Notes: a model not told the origin generated them from the sequence alone. A stretch of 49,022 nt of DNA from a virus (IMGVR_UViG_3300037195_000203:1-49022); one strand, 5' to 3'. Counted from the first letter of the stretch, positions 9,878 to 19,553 are shown. A program made the numbers and translations.

Positions 9878-11695
9878 ATGGTAACAAAAGTAAACTCCTC
9901 TTTACGGGACTTCGCTGAACAAGAAGTTTACGTATCGAGTTACGCAACAATACAAGATGCTATAGATGATGCATATACTAGGGAAATACCTAGAGTCATT
10001 GTAGATGAGGATCTTGCATTAACAACAACAATCAACATGAAACGTGGTGTAGATGTAGAAGGTTATAAAGACACACGTATCATCTGGACATTACCTAATA
10101 ACTCTACATTACCTATAGTTAGTATGGCTGCAAACTCTAATCTTAGCGACCTCTACTTAGAGATAAATAGTGTTGGTTATCAAGGCCCGGGAGTAGAATA
10201 CCTAAGTGAGTACTTAGAAGCTACACGAGTAGAAGCTGGTGGTAGAAGTCTTGGTAGTTCTGGTATAGATTATTTCCAAGCTAGATCATCTAATTTAAGA
10301 AATCTAACTATACATCTAACAACAGTAGTTGCTTCTAGTACTTCAGCAGCAATTACAATGTTACATAATGGTTTAGGTATAAGCCAATGGGGTCATGTTA
10401 TACAAGATGTACGTATTTATGGTATATTCTATTATGGTATAGCTTTCATTAACGATCAACAATATGCTACAGGTACACCAAATGTTAAGTCCCCTTGGTG
10501 TAATGGTTGTATCGTAGATAATGTAAATATGGATAATGTGTATAATGGCTTCCTGTTTGATGCACGAAATACAGCAGGTAATGCAGTAGAAAAACCTATT
10601 GGCCCGAGCGCACACAGAATATCGAATGTACAGGTACAAGCACATAGTTGGTCTATGTACTTTGCTAAGTTAATGTGTTATAGAGATATTCAGTTCATAA
10701 ATTGTAAGCCTTGGGATTGGGATCAACCAGCTTCACCTTACACAAATAACCCTTACTACATTACAGAACCAAGTGATACAAGTATAATTGACAACAATAG
10801 ACACGTAGGTTTACAAATATACGGTCTTAGTTCCAAAAGTGACTTGGAAATTGATCCTGCAGTTTCTATTAGGACAACAAATCGTATTAGTTTAAATGTT
10901 ACTACCAAAGAACCTTCTTATGGCCCAGCTACGATACAGATGCCAGATATAGGCGCGGGTCTTAACACAGGTAACGGTACAGCAGGTGCATATACTTACA
11001 AAGATCTTCTAAAACTAGCACCGGGGATATACACTACTAACGATGCTGCACATAGTACATTACTAGGTCTGAATCCAGTAGGTGTAAGTACTAGCATCAG
11101 CGTAGCATGTATAGAAGTATTAGGAGGTTTTCAAGGTAGACGTTTGTTTAGAGCATACCAACAAACTATTAATAATGTTGGTACACCTATAACACAAACA
11201 GACGAAGCTTGTTTCTATGCGTTCATAGCGACAGATGCCACTAACTTTGAAGGTCATGCTTGGTTAGATGATGATATTGATCCAACATTCTGGCGAGATG
11301 CTAACGGCCTATCTCCAGCAGATACATTATCTGGTACTATATTCCCTGTACATACAGGTAAATACGTAGGACAACCCTATGTATGGACAACATACGCACA
11401 GACATTCTACTGGAATGGTTCTGCATGGACTACAGGTATACTAAACAGAGGGCCAGCGAGTAGACCCACTTCCGCTGCACATGGTACATTAAACATATCA
11501 GCAGTAGGACAAGGTTTGGAATTTTACGATGCTGGTTTAGCTGCATGGGTAACTAGCACACGTCCTCCAATAGGTTTAACAGCAGCACGTACAACAAGTC
11601 CCCGAGTTGGCGAACCGTTCTTCGATACAACATTAGGTATACCTATCTGGTATGACGGGAGTAATTGGGTAAACGCTTCTGGCGTTACAGTATAA
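9878..11695 (+). CDS. Tailspike / receptor-binding protein, probable beta-helix depolymerase
   Basis: ATIQDAIDDA start typical of pectate-lyase-like spikes; Asn/Ile-rich beta-helix-like repeats; C-terminal VGEPFFDTTLGIPIWYDGSNW-type repeats. Confidence 0.75.
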   Translation: MVTKVNSSLRDFAEQEVYVSSYATIQDAIDDAYTREIPRVIVDEDLALTTTINMKRGVDVEGYKDTRIIWTLPNNSTLPIVSMAANSNLSDLYLEINSVGYQGPGVEYLSEYLEATRVEAGGRSLGSSGIDYFQARSSNLRNLTIHLTTVVASSTSAAITMLHNGLGISQWGHVIQDVRIYGIFYYGIAFINDQQYATGTPNVKSPWCNGCIVDNVNMDNVYNGFLFDARNTAGNAVEKPIGPSAHRISNVQVQAHSWSMYFAKLMCYRDIQFINCKPWDWDQPASPYTNNPYYITEPSDTSIIDNNRHVGLQIYGLSSKSDLEIDPAVSIRTTNRISLNVTTKEPSYGPATIQMPDIGAGLNTGNGTAGAYTYKDLLKLAPGIYTTNDAAHSTLLGLNPVGVSTSISVACIEVLGGFQGRRLFRAYQQTINNVGTPITQTDEACFYAFIATDATNFEGHAWLDDDIDPTFWRDANGLSPADTLSGTIFPVHTGKYVGQPYVWTTYAQTFYWNGSAWTTGILNRGPASRPTSAAHGTLNISAVGQGLEFYDAGLAAWVTSTRPPIGLTAARTTSPRVGEPFFDTTLGIPIWYDGSNWVNASGVTV

Positions 11696-11704
11696 GGAGT
11701 TACT

Positions 11705-12694
11705 ATGAATATAACTAAAGACCTCATGTACGCCATAGGTCAAAAAGATATTACGGGATCAGGGTTCGTAGCTAAGTTTGGTGAAGTGCCAGACTTAGAT
11801 ATAGCTGATGGTGTAGTACCTGTCTGGGATGCTATGGGAGCGTACACTAAACCAACACAAGGTCGTATCCATGACTTAGTATCTGACGACGTAGCCGATA
11901 AAGCTACGTTAGTCACCTCTGGTACATTTACAACTATTAGTCAAAACGTATTAACCGATACAACAAAAGACTTTATAGCATTAGGTGTAACTGCTGGTGA
12001 CTCTATTGTAGATGATACCAACATAGGTGTAGCCACTATAGCAAGTGTAACAACTACTACAATTACAGTACAAAGTAGTATGTTCAACCCTAATAATGGT
12101 GAAGAGCGTAGATCTAGTATAGGTGCATCTTACCGTATTGCTAGATCAACAGGTACTTCTCCTGTGTTCACACACGTATCTGGCCTAAGTTCCTTCTTCC
12201 TAGAACAAGAAGAATTTGTCTTACTAGATAACAGTGTAGATGGTTCGGCTGTAGCTACTACAGGTAGTTACGCGCGTATATTCCACATGCGCGTATATGG
12301 CAGTAACACTACAGGTTTAGCCGGTACATTAACTGCTACTGCCCAGACAGATGGTACGTTAACAGCACAGATCATAGGTGGTAACAACCAGACTATGATG
12401 GCTATATATACTATACCTATAGATAAGAAAGGTTGGATAACAGGTTGGCATTGTCATCTCTCACGTAGAGGTAACACTGTATCTAACGTTACCTTACGAG
12501 GTGGTACATTAGGTGGTATAACTTACCCTATTGATAAAGTAGCATTATCTTACGCAGGTAGTAGTACTTATGATAAACCTTTCAGATATGGCTTCTTCTT
12601 CCCCGGAGGTACAGACATCTATGTAACAGCAGATACAGATCGAGATGCCTCTGGTATATACGCAGCCTTTGATATACATTTAATAAAGAAATAG
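11705..12694 (+). CDS. Putative virion structural / fibre-associated protein
   Basis: Beta-rich, Thr/Ser/Gly-rich 329 aa; strong RBS (AAGGAG); tail module context. Confidence 0.55.
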   Translation: MNITKDLMYAIGQKDITGSGFVAKFGEVPDLDIADGVVPVWDAMGAYTKPTQGRIHDLVSDDVADKATLVTSGTFTTISQNVLTDTTKDFIALGVTAGDSIVDDTNIGVATIASVTTTTITVQSSMFNPNNGEERRSSIGASYRIARSTGTSPVFTHVSGLSSFFLEQEEFVLLDNSVDGSAVATTGSYARIFHMRVYGSNTTGLAGTLTATAQTDGTLTAQIIGGNNQTMMAIYTIPIDKKGWITGWHCHLSRRGNTVSNVTLRGGTLGGITYPIDKVALSYAGSSTYDKPFRYGFFFPGGTDIYVTADTDRDASGIYAAFDIHLIKK

Positions 12695-12701
12695 GACAAT
12701 T

Positions 12702-12974
12702 ATGTCAGTAACCGATATATTAATCATGATACTTGGCGCAGCATTAACTTTAATAACATCCTTCTACTGGCGAAATGAGACAAGGAGAAATGAACAGATA
12801 CTTGACTTGGAGCATGAATTGGAGAAAATTAAAGAGACCGTACAGCATACAGAGAAAGAAGTAGCTGTATTATGTGCAGATGTTATATCTAGTAATAAAT
12901 TAACTAAAACTAACCTTGAGTTTGTTAGTAAGAACATTGACGAACTCAAAAGAATGATATTGGAGAGACACTAA
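12702..12974 (+). CDS. Putative holin or lysis accessory (N-terminal TM helix plus coiled coil)
   Basis: ILIMILGAALTLITSFYW TM segment; position between tail genes and terminase, like T7 gp17.5. Confidence 0.45.
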   Translation: MSVTDILIMILGAALTLITSFYWRNETRRNEQILDLEHELEKIKETVQHTEKEVAVLCADVISSNKLTKTNLEFVSKNIDELKRMILERH

Positions 12975-13165
12975 TGCAAGCAATTTTATTGAAAGCATTA
13001 ACAGCCGTACTAACTAAACTGTTAGCAAGCTTCGCTACAGAAGCTCTACTAGAATGGGTGCTGTTCAAAATAGCACACGTTATCGTAGAACATACCGATA
13101 CACCTCATGATGACGAGTTCCTTGTTCAGTTGGAAAGTATTTATGGAGTAACTAATAAGGAGTAA
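12974..13165 (+). CDS. Small hydrophobic protein, possibly lysis-related
   Basis: TAATG coupling to the upstream gene; amphipathic/hydrophobic helix. Confidence 0.45.
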   Translation: MQAILLKALTAVLTKLLASFATEALLEWVLFKIAHVIVEHTDTPHDDEFLVQLESIYGVTNKE

Positions 13166-13168
13166 CAT

Positions 13169-13489
13169 ATGGCAGAGAACAAAGCGACAGAAGCAGCACT
13201 ATGTGAATTACATGGTACGGTAGCTAAAGTCCTTACTAGCCAGATACAACGTCAAGAAGAGAGTACTACTTTCGATGCAGATGGTGTAGAAGTACCTACA
13301 GGTGAGATGGAGTACGTTGTTGCACCAGCTACACTAGCTACGGCTATTAAATTCCTTAAAGATAATGACATAACCGCTGATAGAGAGAAAGACTCTAACA
13401 TGGGTAACTTACGAGAGGCTCTTGCTACTAAGCAGAAGCACTCAAGACTCAAGTTAGTAGACCCTGAGAAGGCAGCAAGCGAGATGTAA
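13169..13489 (+). CDS. terS: Terminase small subunit
   Basis: ELHG...PATLATAIKFLKDNDIT motif of T7 gp18-like proteins; directly upstream of TerL. Confidence 0.85.
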   Translation: MAENKATEAALCELHGTVAKVLTSQIQRQEESTTFDADGVEVPTGEMEYVVAPATLATAIKFLKDNDITADREKDSNMGNLREALATKQKHSRLKLVDPEKAASEM

Positions 13490-13490
13490 C

Positions 13491-15506
13491 ATGGTAGAAA
13501 TGACTCGAGAAGAGGCTATAGCTCTAATACCTACTGAAGATATAGATAAACTACTCCTTGCGAGGGGTAATAAACTATCTAAACTAACGTCAGATTTAGA
13601 TGAACTCCTTGATGATGACGATGGTCTCTATGGTACGAATGAGGCTGGTGAAGATGAGTTTTGCCGCGTATTGGCAGACAGGGCAGCATTCAGTAAACTA
13701 CCCGAGATAGAACAAGAAGCCATACTTAGATGGGATGAGGTCGATGCCTTACGAGATCATTACGCACTGTTTGAAGATTTCCTGTATGATTGTATGACCG
13801 AGTTAATGGGCTTCCAATGTAGTGAGCTACAGGTGGACATTGCTCGGTTTTTACAGTCAGATGTACAAAACGGGATGATACAAGCACAACGTTCCCAAGC
13901 TAAGTCTACTATTGTAGCTATGTTTGCTGTATGGCAACTAATACATGATTGTAAACATCGTGTGCTGATAATATCTGCGGGTAGCGAGGTTGCAGCCGAG
14001 ATTGCCAATTGGGTAATACAGATAATTATGAACTGGGACATACTCGAATGTATGCGACCAGATCGTCAACATGGAGATAGAGCGTCAAGTAAGGCATTTG
14101 ACATTCATTGGCAGTTAAAAGGGCCAGAGAAATCACCATCAGTAGCATGTATAGGTATAACAGCTAACATGCAAGGTAGACGTGCAGACCTCTTAATACC
14201 AGATGATATTGAATCATCAAAGAATGGTACAACAGAAACACAACGTAACGCCTTAGAACATCTCTCAAAGGATTTTACATCTATTTGTCAGAAAGGTCGG
14301 ATTATGTACTTAGGTACTCCGCAGACAGTAGATTCCATATACAATAACCTATCAGAACGTGGGTTCGTTATACGAGTATGGACAGGTAGGTTTCCTACAG
14401 AAGAAGAAGAGAAGGTCTATGGTGATACATTAGCACCGTTCATAGTGCAACAGATGGAAGCAGACCCTACATTGCGTAAAGGTGGCGGCTTATCTGGTGA
14501 TCGGGGCAAGCCCACTGATCCGCTCCTATTGGGCGAAGAGGCTCTTGTAAAGAAAGAGCTAGATCAGGGTGCGGCATACTTTAATTTGCAGCACATGCTA
14601 AATACGGAGCTGTCAGACAGCCTTCGGCATCCCTTAAAGCCTAAAAATCTGGTTGTCATGGATTTTGCCACGGATAAAACATCCGGCGAGATAACATGGC
14701 TACCAAGCCCAGAGAAGAAGATACCAGCACAAGGTTTCAATTGTAAACCACAACTATATAGACCGTTCACAGTTAGTACAGAGATGTACGAGTATGAAGG
14801 TAAACATATGTATGTGGATACTGCTGGTGGCGGTGAGAATGGAGATGAGACAGTAGCAGCAGTCACTTACTTCCTACATGGTTACATATTCTTAGCTGAA
14901 CTATGTAAACTACAAGGTGGGTATGGTGATGACAAATATAATACCCTTAGCCAATTAGCACTTAAACATGGTGTTAACGGTATAGAGGTAGAGAAGAACT
15001 TTGGCTTTGGTGCGTTTGCATCAGCTTGGCGTCCTGTACTTGCAAAAGTATATAGAGATGCTGGTAAGTCAGGTTGTCCCGCAATAGAGGATGTGTGGGA
15101 GTCCGGCCAAAAGGAACTACGTATCATAGATACATTAGAACCTATAATGGCGCGGCACAGATTAATAGTACATACTGATATAATTGAGTATGACTTGAAC
15201 TCTGTAAAGAAATACCCAGTAGCAGATCAACCTTCGTATCAATTCTTTCATCAGATGTCAAAGATCAGTAGAGAGAAAGGAGCATTAATACATGATGACT
15301 CCATTGATGCAGTAGCAGGATCTTGTAGAAAGTGGGTAGATCATATAGCTGTCGATGAGAAGATAGCCTCCAAACAAAAAGAGACTGACGAGAACGTTGC
15401 TTTCTTTGCAGAATGGGGAGCTGACACAGGACAGTGGCACAACAACGGGACTTTAGGATTAGCGTCTGATAGATTCCAATCGAAAACAAACAGGAGGGTA
15501 CATTGA
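13491..15506 (+). CDS. terL: Terminase large subunit (T7 gp19-like)
   Basis: AQRSQAKST Walker A variant, GRRADLLIPDDIE Walker B, LGTPQ, VDTAGGG nuclease motif, HDDSIDA. Confidence 0.95.
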   Translation: MVEMTREEAIALIPTEDIDKLLLARGNKLSKLTSDLDELLDDDDGLYGTNEAGEDEFCRVLADRAAFSKLPEIEQEAILRWDEVDALRDHYALFEDFLYDCMTELMGFQCSELQVDIARFLQSDVQNGMIQAQRSQAKSTIVAMFAVWQLIHDCKHRVLIISAGSEVAAEIANWVIQIIMNWDILECMRPDRQHGDRASSKAFDIHWQLKGPEKSPSVACIGITANMQGRRADLLIPDDIESSKNGTTETQRNALEHLSKDFTSICQKGRIMYLGTPQTVDSIYNNLSERGFVIRVWTGRFPTEEEEKVYGDTLAPFIVQQMEADPTLRKGGGLSGDRGKPTDPLLLGEEALVKKELDQGAAYFNLQHMLNTELSDSLRHPLKPKNLVVMDFATDKTSGEITWLPSPEKKIPAQGFNCKPQLYRPFTVSTEMYEYEGKHMYVDTAGGGENGDETVAAVTYFLHGYIFLAELCKLQGGYGDDKYNTLSQLALKHGVNGIEVEKNFGFGAFASAWRPVLAKVYRDAGKSGCPAIEDVWESGQKELRIIDTLEPIMARHRLIVHTDIIEYDLNSVKKYPVADQPSYQFFHQMSKISREKGALIHDDSIDAVAGSCRKWVDHIAVDEKIASKQKETDENVAFFAEWGADTGQWHNNGTLGLASDRFQSKTNRRVH

Positions 15507-15790
15507 GTACACCAAATCCAATAAAGGTACGTAGAGGGGATTTCCCTAAAACACGTACACACAGTATTAGTAACATTACAAGTATACTCGTGGCAACCTT
15601 TAATCAATGTAGACGTTCACCAGCACGCATGGAAGAACTGAAAGCAGTATTAAAATTTGCATACAATAAGGTAGTACAGTATGAGAAGGACTGGAAAGAA
15701 CAAGAAGCAGCTATCGAAAAAGCAGCTAAAGAACAGGCTGAGGCAGCAGCAGCGGCAGAACAAGCAACTACTTCGGGAGATGATAAGTAA
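15503..15790 (+). CDS. Hypothetical protein
   Basis: TTG start overlapping the TerL stop, with GGAGG RBS; Ala/Glu-rich tail. Confidence 0.65.
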   Translation: MSTPNPIKVRRGDFPKTRTHSISNITSILVATFNQCRRSPARMEELKAVLKFAYNKVVQYEKDWKEQEAAIEKAAKEQAEAAAAAEQATTSGDDK

Positions 15791-16143
15791 TGGCTAATAC
15801 AGCAGGAATTATTGAGCGTACACTAGCTCAAATGGCAACCGCCACAGACACAGTAAATGTACTAGATCCTGACGGTGATCCAGCATTAGTACGTACTTCT
15901 ATTGATCAACATATGATAGTACGAGCAACTAACCATGATGATGATGATGGTAGTACAGGAGCAGTTACAGAAGGTATGGCTATCTTCTTGAGTCGCTTCC
16001 ACGGTGACCCTTGGGTACGAGTAGGACATCAGGTAACTAAGATTATCTATCCACCTACAGCTTCACCAAGTCCGGGGACTGACGTAAGCGTACTATTCGT
16101 TAACTACGACTACAGTTCAGCTACATGGGCTATGTTGACTTAA
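15790..16143 (+). CDS. Hypothetical protein, possibly virion decoration
   Basis: TAATG coupling; codon usage resembling the capsid gene; followed by a hairpin. Confidence 0.6.
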   Translation: MANTAGIIERTLAQMATATDTVNVLDPDGDPALVRTSIDQHMIVRATNHDDDDGSTGAVTEGMAIFLSRFHGDPWVRVGHQVTKIIYPPTASPSPGTDVSVLFVNYDYSSATWAMLT

Positions 16144-16150
16144 TCAATAT

Positions 16151-16168
16151 GGAGGGTGAAAGCCCTCC
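16151..16168 (+). promoter_or_regulatory. GNRA-capped hairpin (GGAGGGT-GAAA-GCCCTCC), no U-tract
   Basis: 7-bp stem between genes; possible stability element or weak terminator. Confidence 0.5.
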
Positions 16169-16183
16169 ACTATAAGGAGTACT

Positions 16184-16501
16184 ATGAGTACACACGTAGA
16201 ACATACAATACCAGCAACTAATGGTGTACATCTTATACCAGTTAATAGTAATGCTAATCTGTCTATTACTCCTACAGTACATAGTTCAGGTACATATACA
16301 GCGGGTACATTAGTATACAGAGCGCGAGCTTATGGTGCTACAGAGTACGAGACGTTAAGTCCTAACTCTTCATCATTAGTATCTGGTTCAAGACAAACTA
16401 TAAGTATCGTAGGTCAACCAATAAGTCATATAGAAGTAACAGTAGCCAGTTTTGCAGGTACAGCAGATACTATAGCATTCTCTGTTAACGATTGGGAGTA
16501 A
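16184..16501 (+). CDS. Hypothetical beta-rich protein, likely structural
   Basis: AAGGAG RBS; Thr/Ser-rich. Confidence 0.6.
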   Translation: MSTHVEHTIPATNGVHLIPVNSNANLSITPTVHSSGTYTAGTLVYRARAYGATEYETLSPNSSSLVSGSRQTISIVGQPISHIEVTVASFAGTADTIAFSVNDWE

Positions 16502-16503
16502 TT

Positions 16504-18246
16504 ATGGATACTGTAGCCGGTATAAGTACAGTAGCAGGTATTACTACTACACAAGGTGCAACCTCTAGGATAGTAATACCTATTGATGCTATTACATATT
16601 ATGCATGTGATAGAGCTACAGAAGCAGAGAGTACCTTAGAGCAAGTTAATAAGCTTGTCAGTGTCACAATGGGTGGTGCTGAACACGTACCATTTGAAGG
16701 TCTTTTGATAGAAGGGCCAACTACTAATATGATGCCAGTACCTACAGATATATCTGATCCCTCATGGGATTTAGCAGGAACAGGAACGGCTTCTACACCT
16801 ATAGTAACAAAAGATTACGGAGAGGTAGGAGTATCACGTATTCAGATGGACTTGAATGGCGGTACAACAAGTTCTGATATTGCTAGAGTCACAGCAAAGA
16901 ACCTACCAGCACCGACCATTGGTTTAGACTATACGTTATCTTTTGAGGCGAAACTAAACACTGGTACATCAGAAGATATTACAATATACATGGCGGGTAA
17001 TTCTGCTGGAGGCTCTGCAACAATAACCGATTCGTGGCAGAGGTTTGTTGTAACTTATGAGGCAGCTGGTGTTAGTCCTGTGTTCGGTGTAGCTTTGAGA
17101 GGTAGTTTCGCAACATCTAAAAGTATAGATATGCTTGTTAAAATGGATGATGTTACGTTTACAAAAGGTTTTCAAGTTGAAGAATCTAGTCATGCTTCTA
17201 GTTTCACAGTTGGTTCGAGGGCGAGTGCTGATACTAGAATCAGTACATATACAAGACTAGGTGCTTCTGCGTCAACACCTTTAGCTATATCAAGCGGTGG
17301 CGGGTCAGGCACGCTTGATGGATCAGGTTACGAATTCACTGCAAGCGGTGGTCGGTGCTATGCAACTGATCAAACGTCACCTATACCATTTGATTCTACT
17401 CGTAGATTTTTTAGTATTCGATTAGACACGCTTCCAGGTTCTATAGATAACTTTGCTATGGCGTTCTTTGATGATGATGATTTGGGATTGGTAACAGCAG
17501 GTTTAACACTTCAAACCGTTTGGAACGGTACAAAATTCACTGCTATAAATTTGGGGAGTTTGGGCGCGCCGGTTGATCAGGGGGAGTTAGAATTCACAGC
17601 AGGCGATGAATTAGCACTGGTGTGTGATGACACGGGGGATGTTGAGATATGGCATAAACCCGCAGCGGGGCCGATTGTTCAAGTTGGTTCTACTGTAAAT
17701 GTCACCCCAGTGCCAGCAATAGTAAGCTACGCAGCTTTAGGCCTTGGCCCTGGTTCGTGGGGCGGGGAAATACTTCAAAGCCCATCAGTGCCAACAGGCG
17801 CAACTCTGATTGAAACATCAATTGCGGAACAATGGTCGGGTGATGACTTTGAACTAAGTTTCACACATATACTCGACTATGACGTAGCTACTGCAAGCAC
17901 CAGTTCCCCATATATAACTCGAATGCCTTCTTCGGGAACAGATGATTTCACGATAGTATTATCCAAAGCGCAACCAGATAGAATAGATTGTTCATTTAAA
18001 GTGGGTGGCGTAACAAGTGCATCAACTACTTTGTATCTAACAAGTGGAAATATGGTTGTAGGTACACAGTTGGATATTACTGTCAGTCTAAAAGATGGTG
18101 ATTTTACATTAACTGTTAACGGGCAGACTGATACTGACACTACTACTGACACAGTACCTTGGCAGGCAACACAGGTGTTGGGTTCAAGTGGTGGTTCATC
18201 CGAATCATCGGGTATTTACAAACAGTATTTATTTAAATCAATTTAA
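16504..18246 (+). CDS. Second fibre/spike protein with carbohydrate-binding-like modules
   Basis: LLIEGPTTN...YTLSFEAK...WQRFVVT...FQVEESSHASSF pattern of phage spike/CBM-like domains; ATG 16504 follows GGAG. Confidence 0.6.
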   Translation: MDTVAGISTVAGITTTQGATSRIVIPIDAITYYACDRATEAESTLEQVNKLVSVTMGGAEHVPFEGLLIEGPTTNMMPVPTDISDPSWDLAGTGTASTPIVTKDYGEVGVSRIQMDLNGGTTSSDIARVTAKNLPAPTIGLDYTLSFEAKLNTGTSEDITIYMAGNSAGGSATITDSWQRFVVTYEAAGVSPVFGVALRGSFATSKSIDMLVKMDDVTFTKGFQVEESSHASSFTVGSRASADTRISTYTRLGASASTPLAISSGGGSGTLDGSGYEFTASGGRCYATDQTSPIPFDSTRRFFSIRLDTLPGSIDNFAMAFFDDDDLGLVTAGLTLQTVWNGTKFTAINLGSLGAPVDQGELEFTAGDELALVCDDTGDVEIWHKPAAGPIVQVGSTVNVTPVPAIVSYAALGLGPGSWGGEILQSPSVPTGATLIETSIAEQWSGDDFELSFTHILDYDVATASTSSPYITRMPSSGTDDFTIVLSKAQPDRIDCSFKVGGVTSASTTLYLTSGNMVVGTQLDITVSLKDGDFTLTVNGQTDTDTTTDTVPWQATQVLGSSGGSSESSGIYKQYLFKSI

Positions 18247-18290
18247 TAACCAATTTAACAAATAGCACTTGGAAACAGGTGCTTAATATT

Positions 18291-18875
18291 ATGAACATAC
18301 AAATAAACGAACAATTAATAGAACAAGAAAGAGACTTTGAGAGAGCAGTACTACCTGAACTTATTAAAGATAAAGGTATACATGTTTTAGAAGACACACA
18401 GTACAAAGAGAATATAAAAGCACATGAGTTCTATAGCTTCCCTATATGGGATAATGTAATGTGTTACTTCGAACAAGCTCCTAAGATACACCATAGGTTA
18501 ACACCTTGGAAAGAAATAGGACAAAAGTTAAATCTAAACAATAAGCAGTTAGATCAATTAAAGAAATTGTATGATTTAGCAGATTGTAAAGGTTACTTAC
18601 CACCGGATATATTTAAAGGTAAGAACAAAGTAAGAGAGATTAAGAGTTTAGTACAAAATAATATTATTTGTACACTTAATCCAGAGTTAGGTAAGCGTAG
18701 AGAAGGTTTCTTACTTAACCCATGCGTACTTTGGGCCAGAGAATGGTGGAGTCCTTGGGCACAAGGAGGTTTAGCCATGATGTGGATGAACGAGATAGAA
18801 ACAACGCTACCAGTACTACATAGGTACGGTTTTAGCTTCGATGATGGTGCAAAATATGTACATTTTAGGCAATAA
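18291..18875 (+). CDS. Hypothetical protein, possible winged-helix DNA-binding protein
   Basis: EIKSLVQNNII...FLLNPCVLW resembles the wing of RepL-like wHTH proteins (weak); last gene before the putative genome end. Confidence 0.55.
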   Translation: MNIQINEQLIEQERDFERAVLPELIKDKGIHVLEDTQYKENIKAHEFYSFPIWDNVMCYFEQAPKIHHRLTPWKEIGQKLNLNNKQLDQLKKLYDLADCKGYLPPDIFKGKNKVREIKSLVQNNIICTLNPELGKRREGFLLNPCVLWAREWWSPWAQGGLAMMWMNEIETTLPVLHRYGFSFDDGAKYVHFRQ

Positions 18876-19140
18876 AAGGGCAATAAATGAGCCGCTGTGG
18901 GGCGGCTGTAACCCACGTGGCACTAAGGCTGTAGCCATATTTACAAGTAGATACGCATATATAAGGGGCACTGCCGCTTCGCTACCCCTTAGTCATTCAT
19001 AGCATAGCTATTCATAGTTCTATACGCTCCTAGTTAATACAGTAAGTAAGCTATTAAGTAAGATACCTTATGTACTAAAAGAAGTACTACATGAAGTACC
19101 CAAATATTAAAAATGGGTGAGAAATACGGAGGGGTACTCC

Positions 19141-19335
19141 GCTCCTTCGTCGCGTCAAGTTTCCCCCATAGCCTCCAACAATAAGATAGGTGCACACAAA
19201 CTACTCCTTTGTACTGATAGTTTCTACCTTGTATAACTTATGTGCTAGTTTGGTGCTGGGTAGAGCAGCTCCTTCGTCGCTGGATATGTCTCCTTTTTGA
19301 TAGGACTCAATACATCTATTGTCTCCTTTTTGATA
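19141..19335 (+). repeat. Short direct repeats: GCTCCTTCGTCGC x2 (19141, 19268) and TGTCTCCTTTTTGATA x2 (19287, 19320)
   Basis: Exact matches read from the sequence. Confidence 0.9.
19209..19237 (+). promoter_or_regulatory. Candidate host sigma70 early promoter
   Basis: TTGTAC - 17 nt - TATAAC upstream of the first early gene. Confidence 0.45.
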
Positions 19336-19394
19336 CACCTGAAATCCTTCTTGTGTATTAACTTACTTACACTTAATTACTAAAGGTATTACCT

Positions 19395-19553
19395 ATGTCT
19401 AATTCTATAAACATCCTCATTGATGATCGTATCTGGTGTGACCTGTCTACTAAAGAAGGTACATACATACGTACTGAAAACCTAACCTTGGAACAAGCTT
19501 TAGCTTACTTCGAGACTGGTTACACTGTGGACTGTCATGGTCTACCATTCTAA
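19395..19553 (+). CDS. Small early protein (52 aa, MSNSINILIDDRIWCD...), not in the ORF track
   Basis: Shares a 21-bp leader TTACTAAAGGTATTACCTATG with the next gene. Confidence 0.65.
   Translation: MSNSINILIDDRIWCDLSTKEGTYIRTENLTLEQALAYFETGYTVDCHGLPF

Larger units (their letters stand above)
18876..19394. other. Putative physical genome-end / concatemer-junction region
   Basis: Largest non-coding gap, between late genes and the small early genes; contains short direct repeats, hairpins and a strand-composition switch. Confidence 0.65.

Noticed and set aside
18860-18917. Pseudoknot as a stop-readthrough or frameshift signal for ORF 18291
   Set aside because: Another in-frame stop (TGA 18888-18890) follows at once, and there is no slippery heptamer before the first stop.
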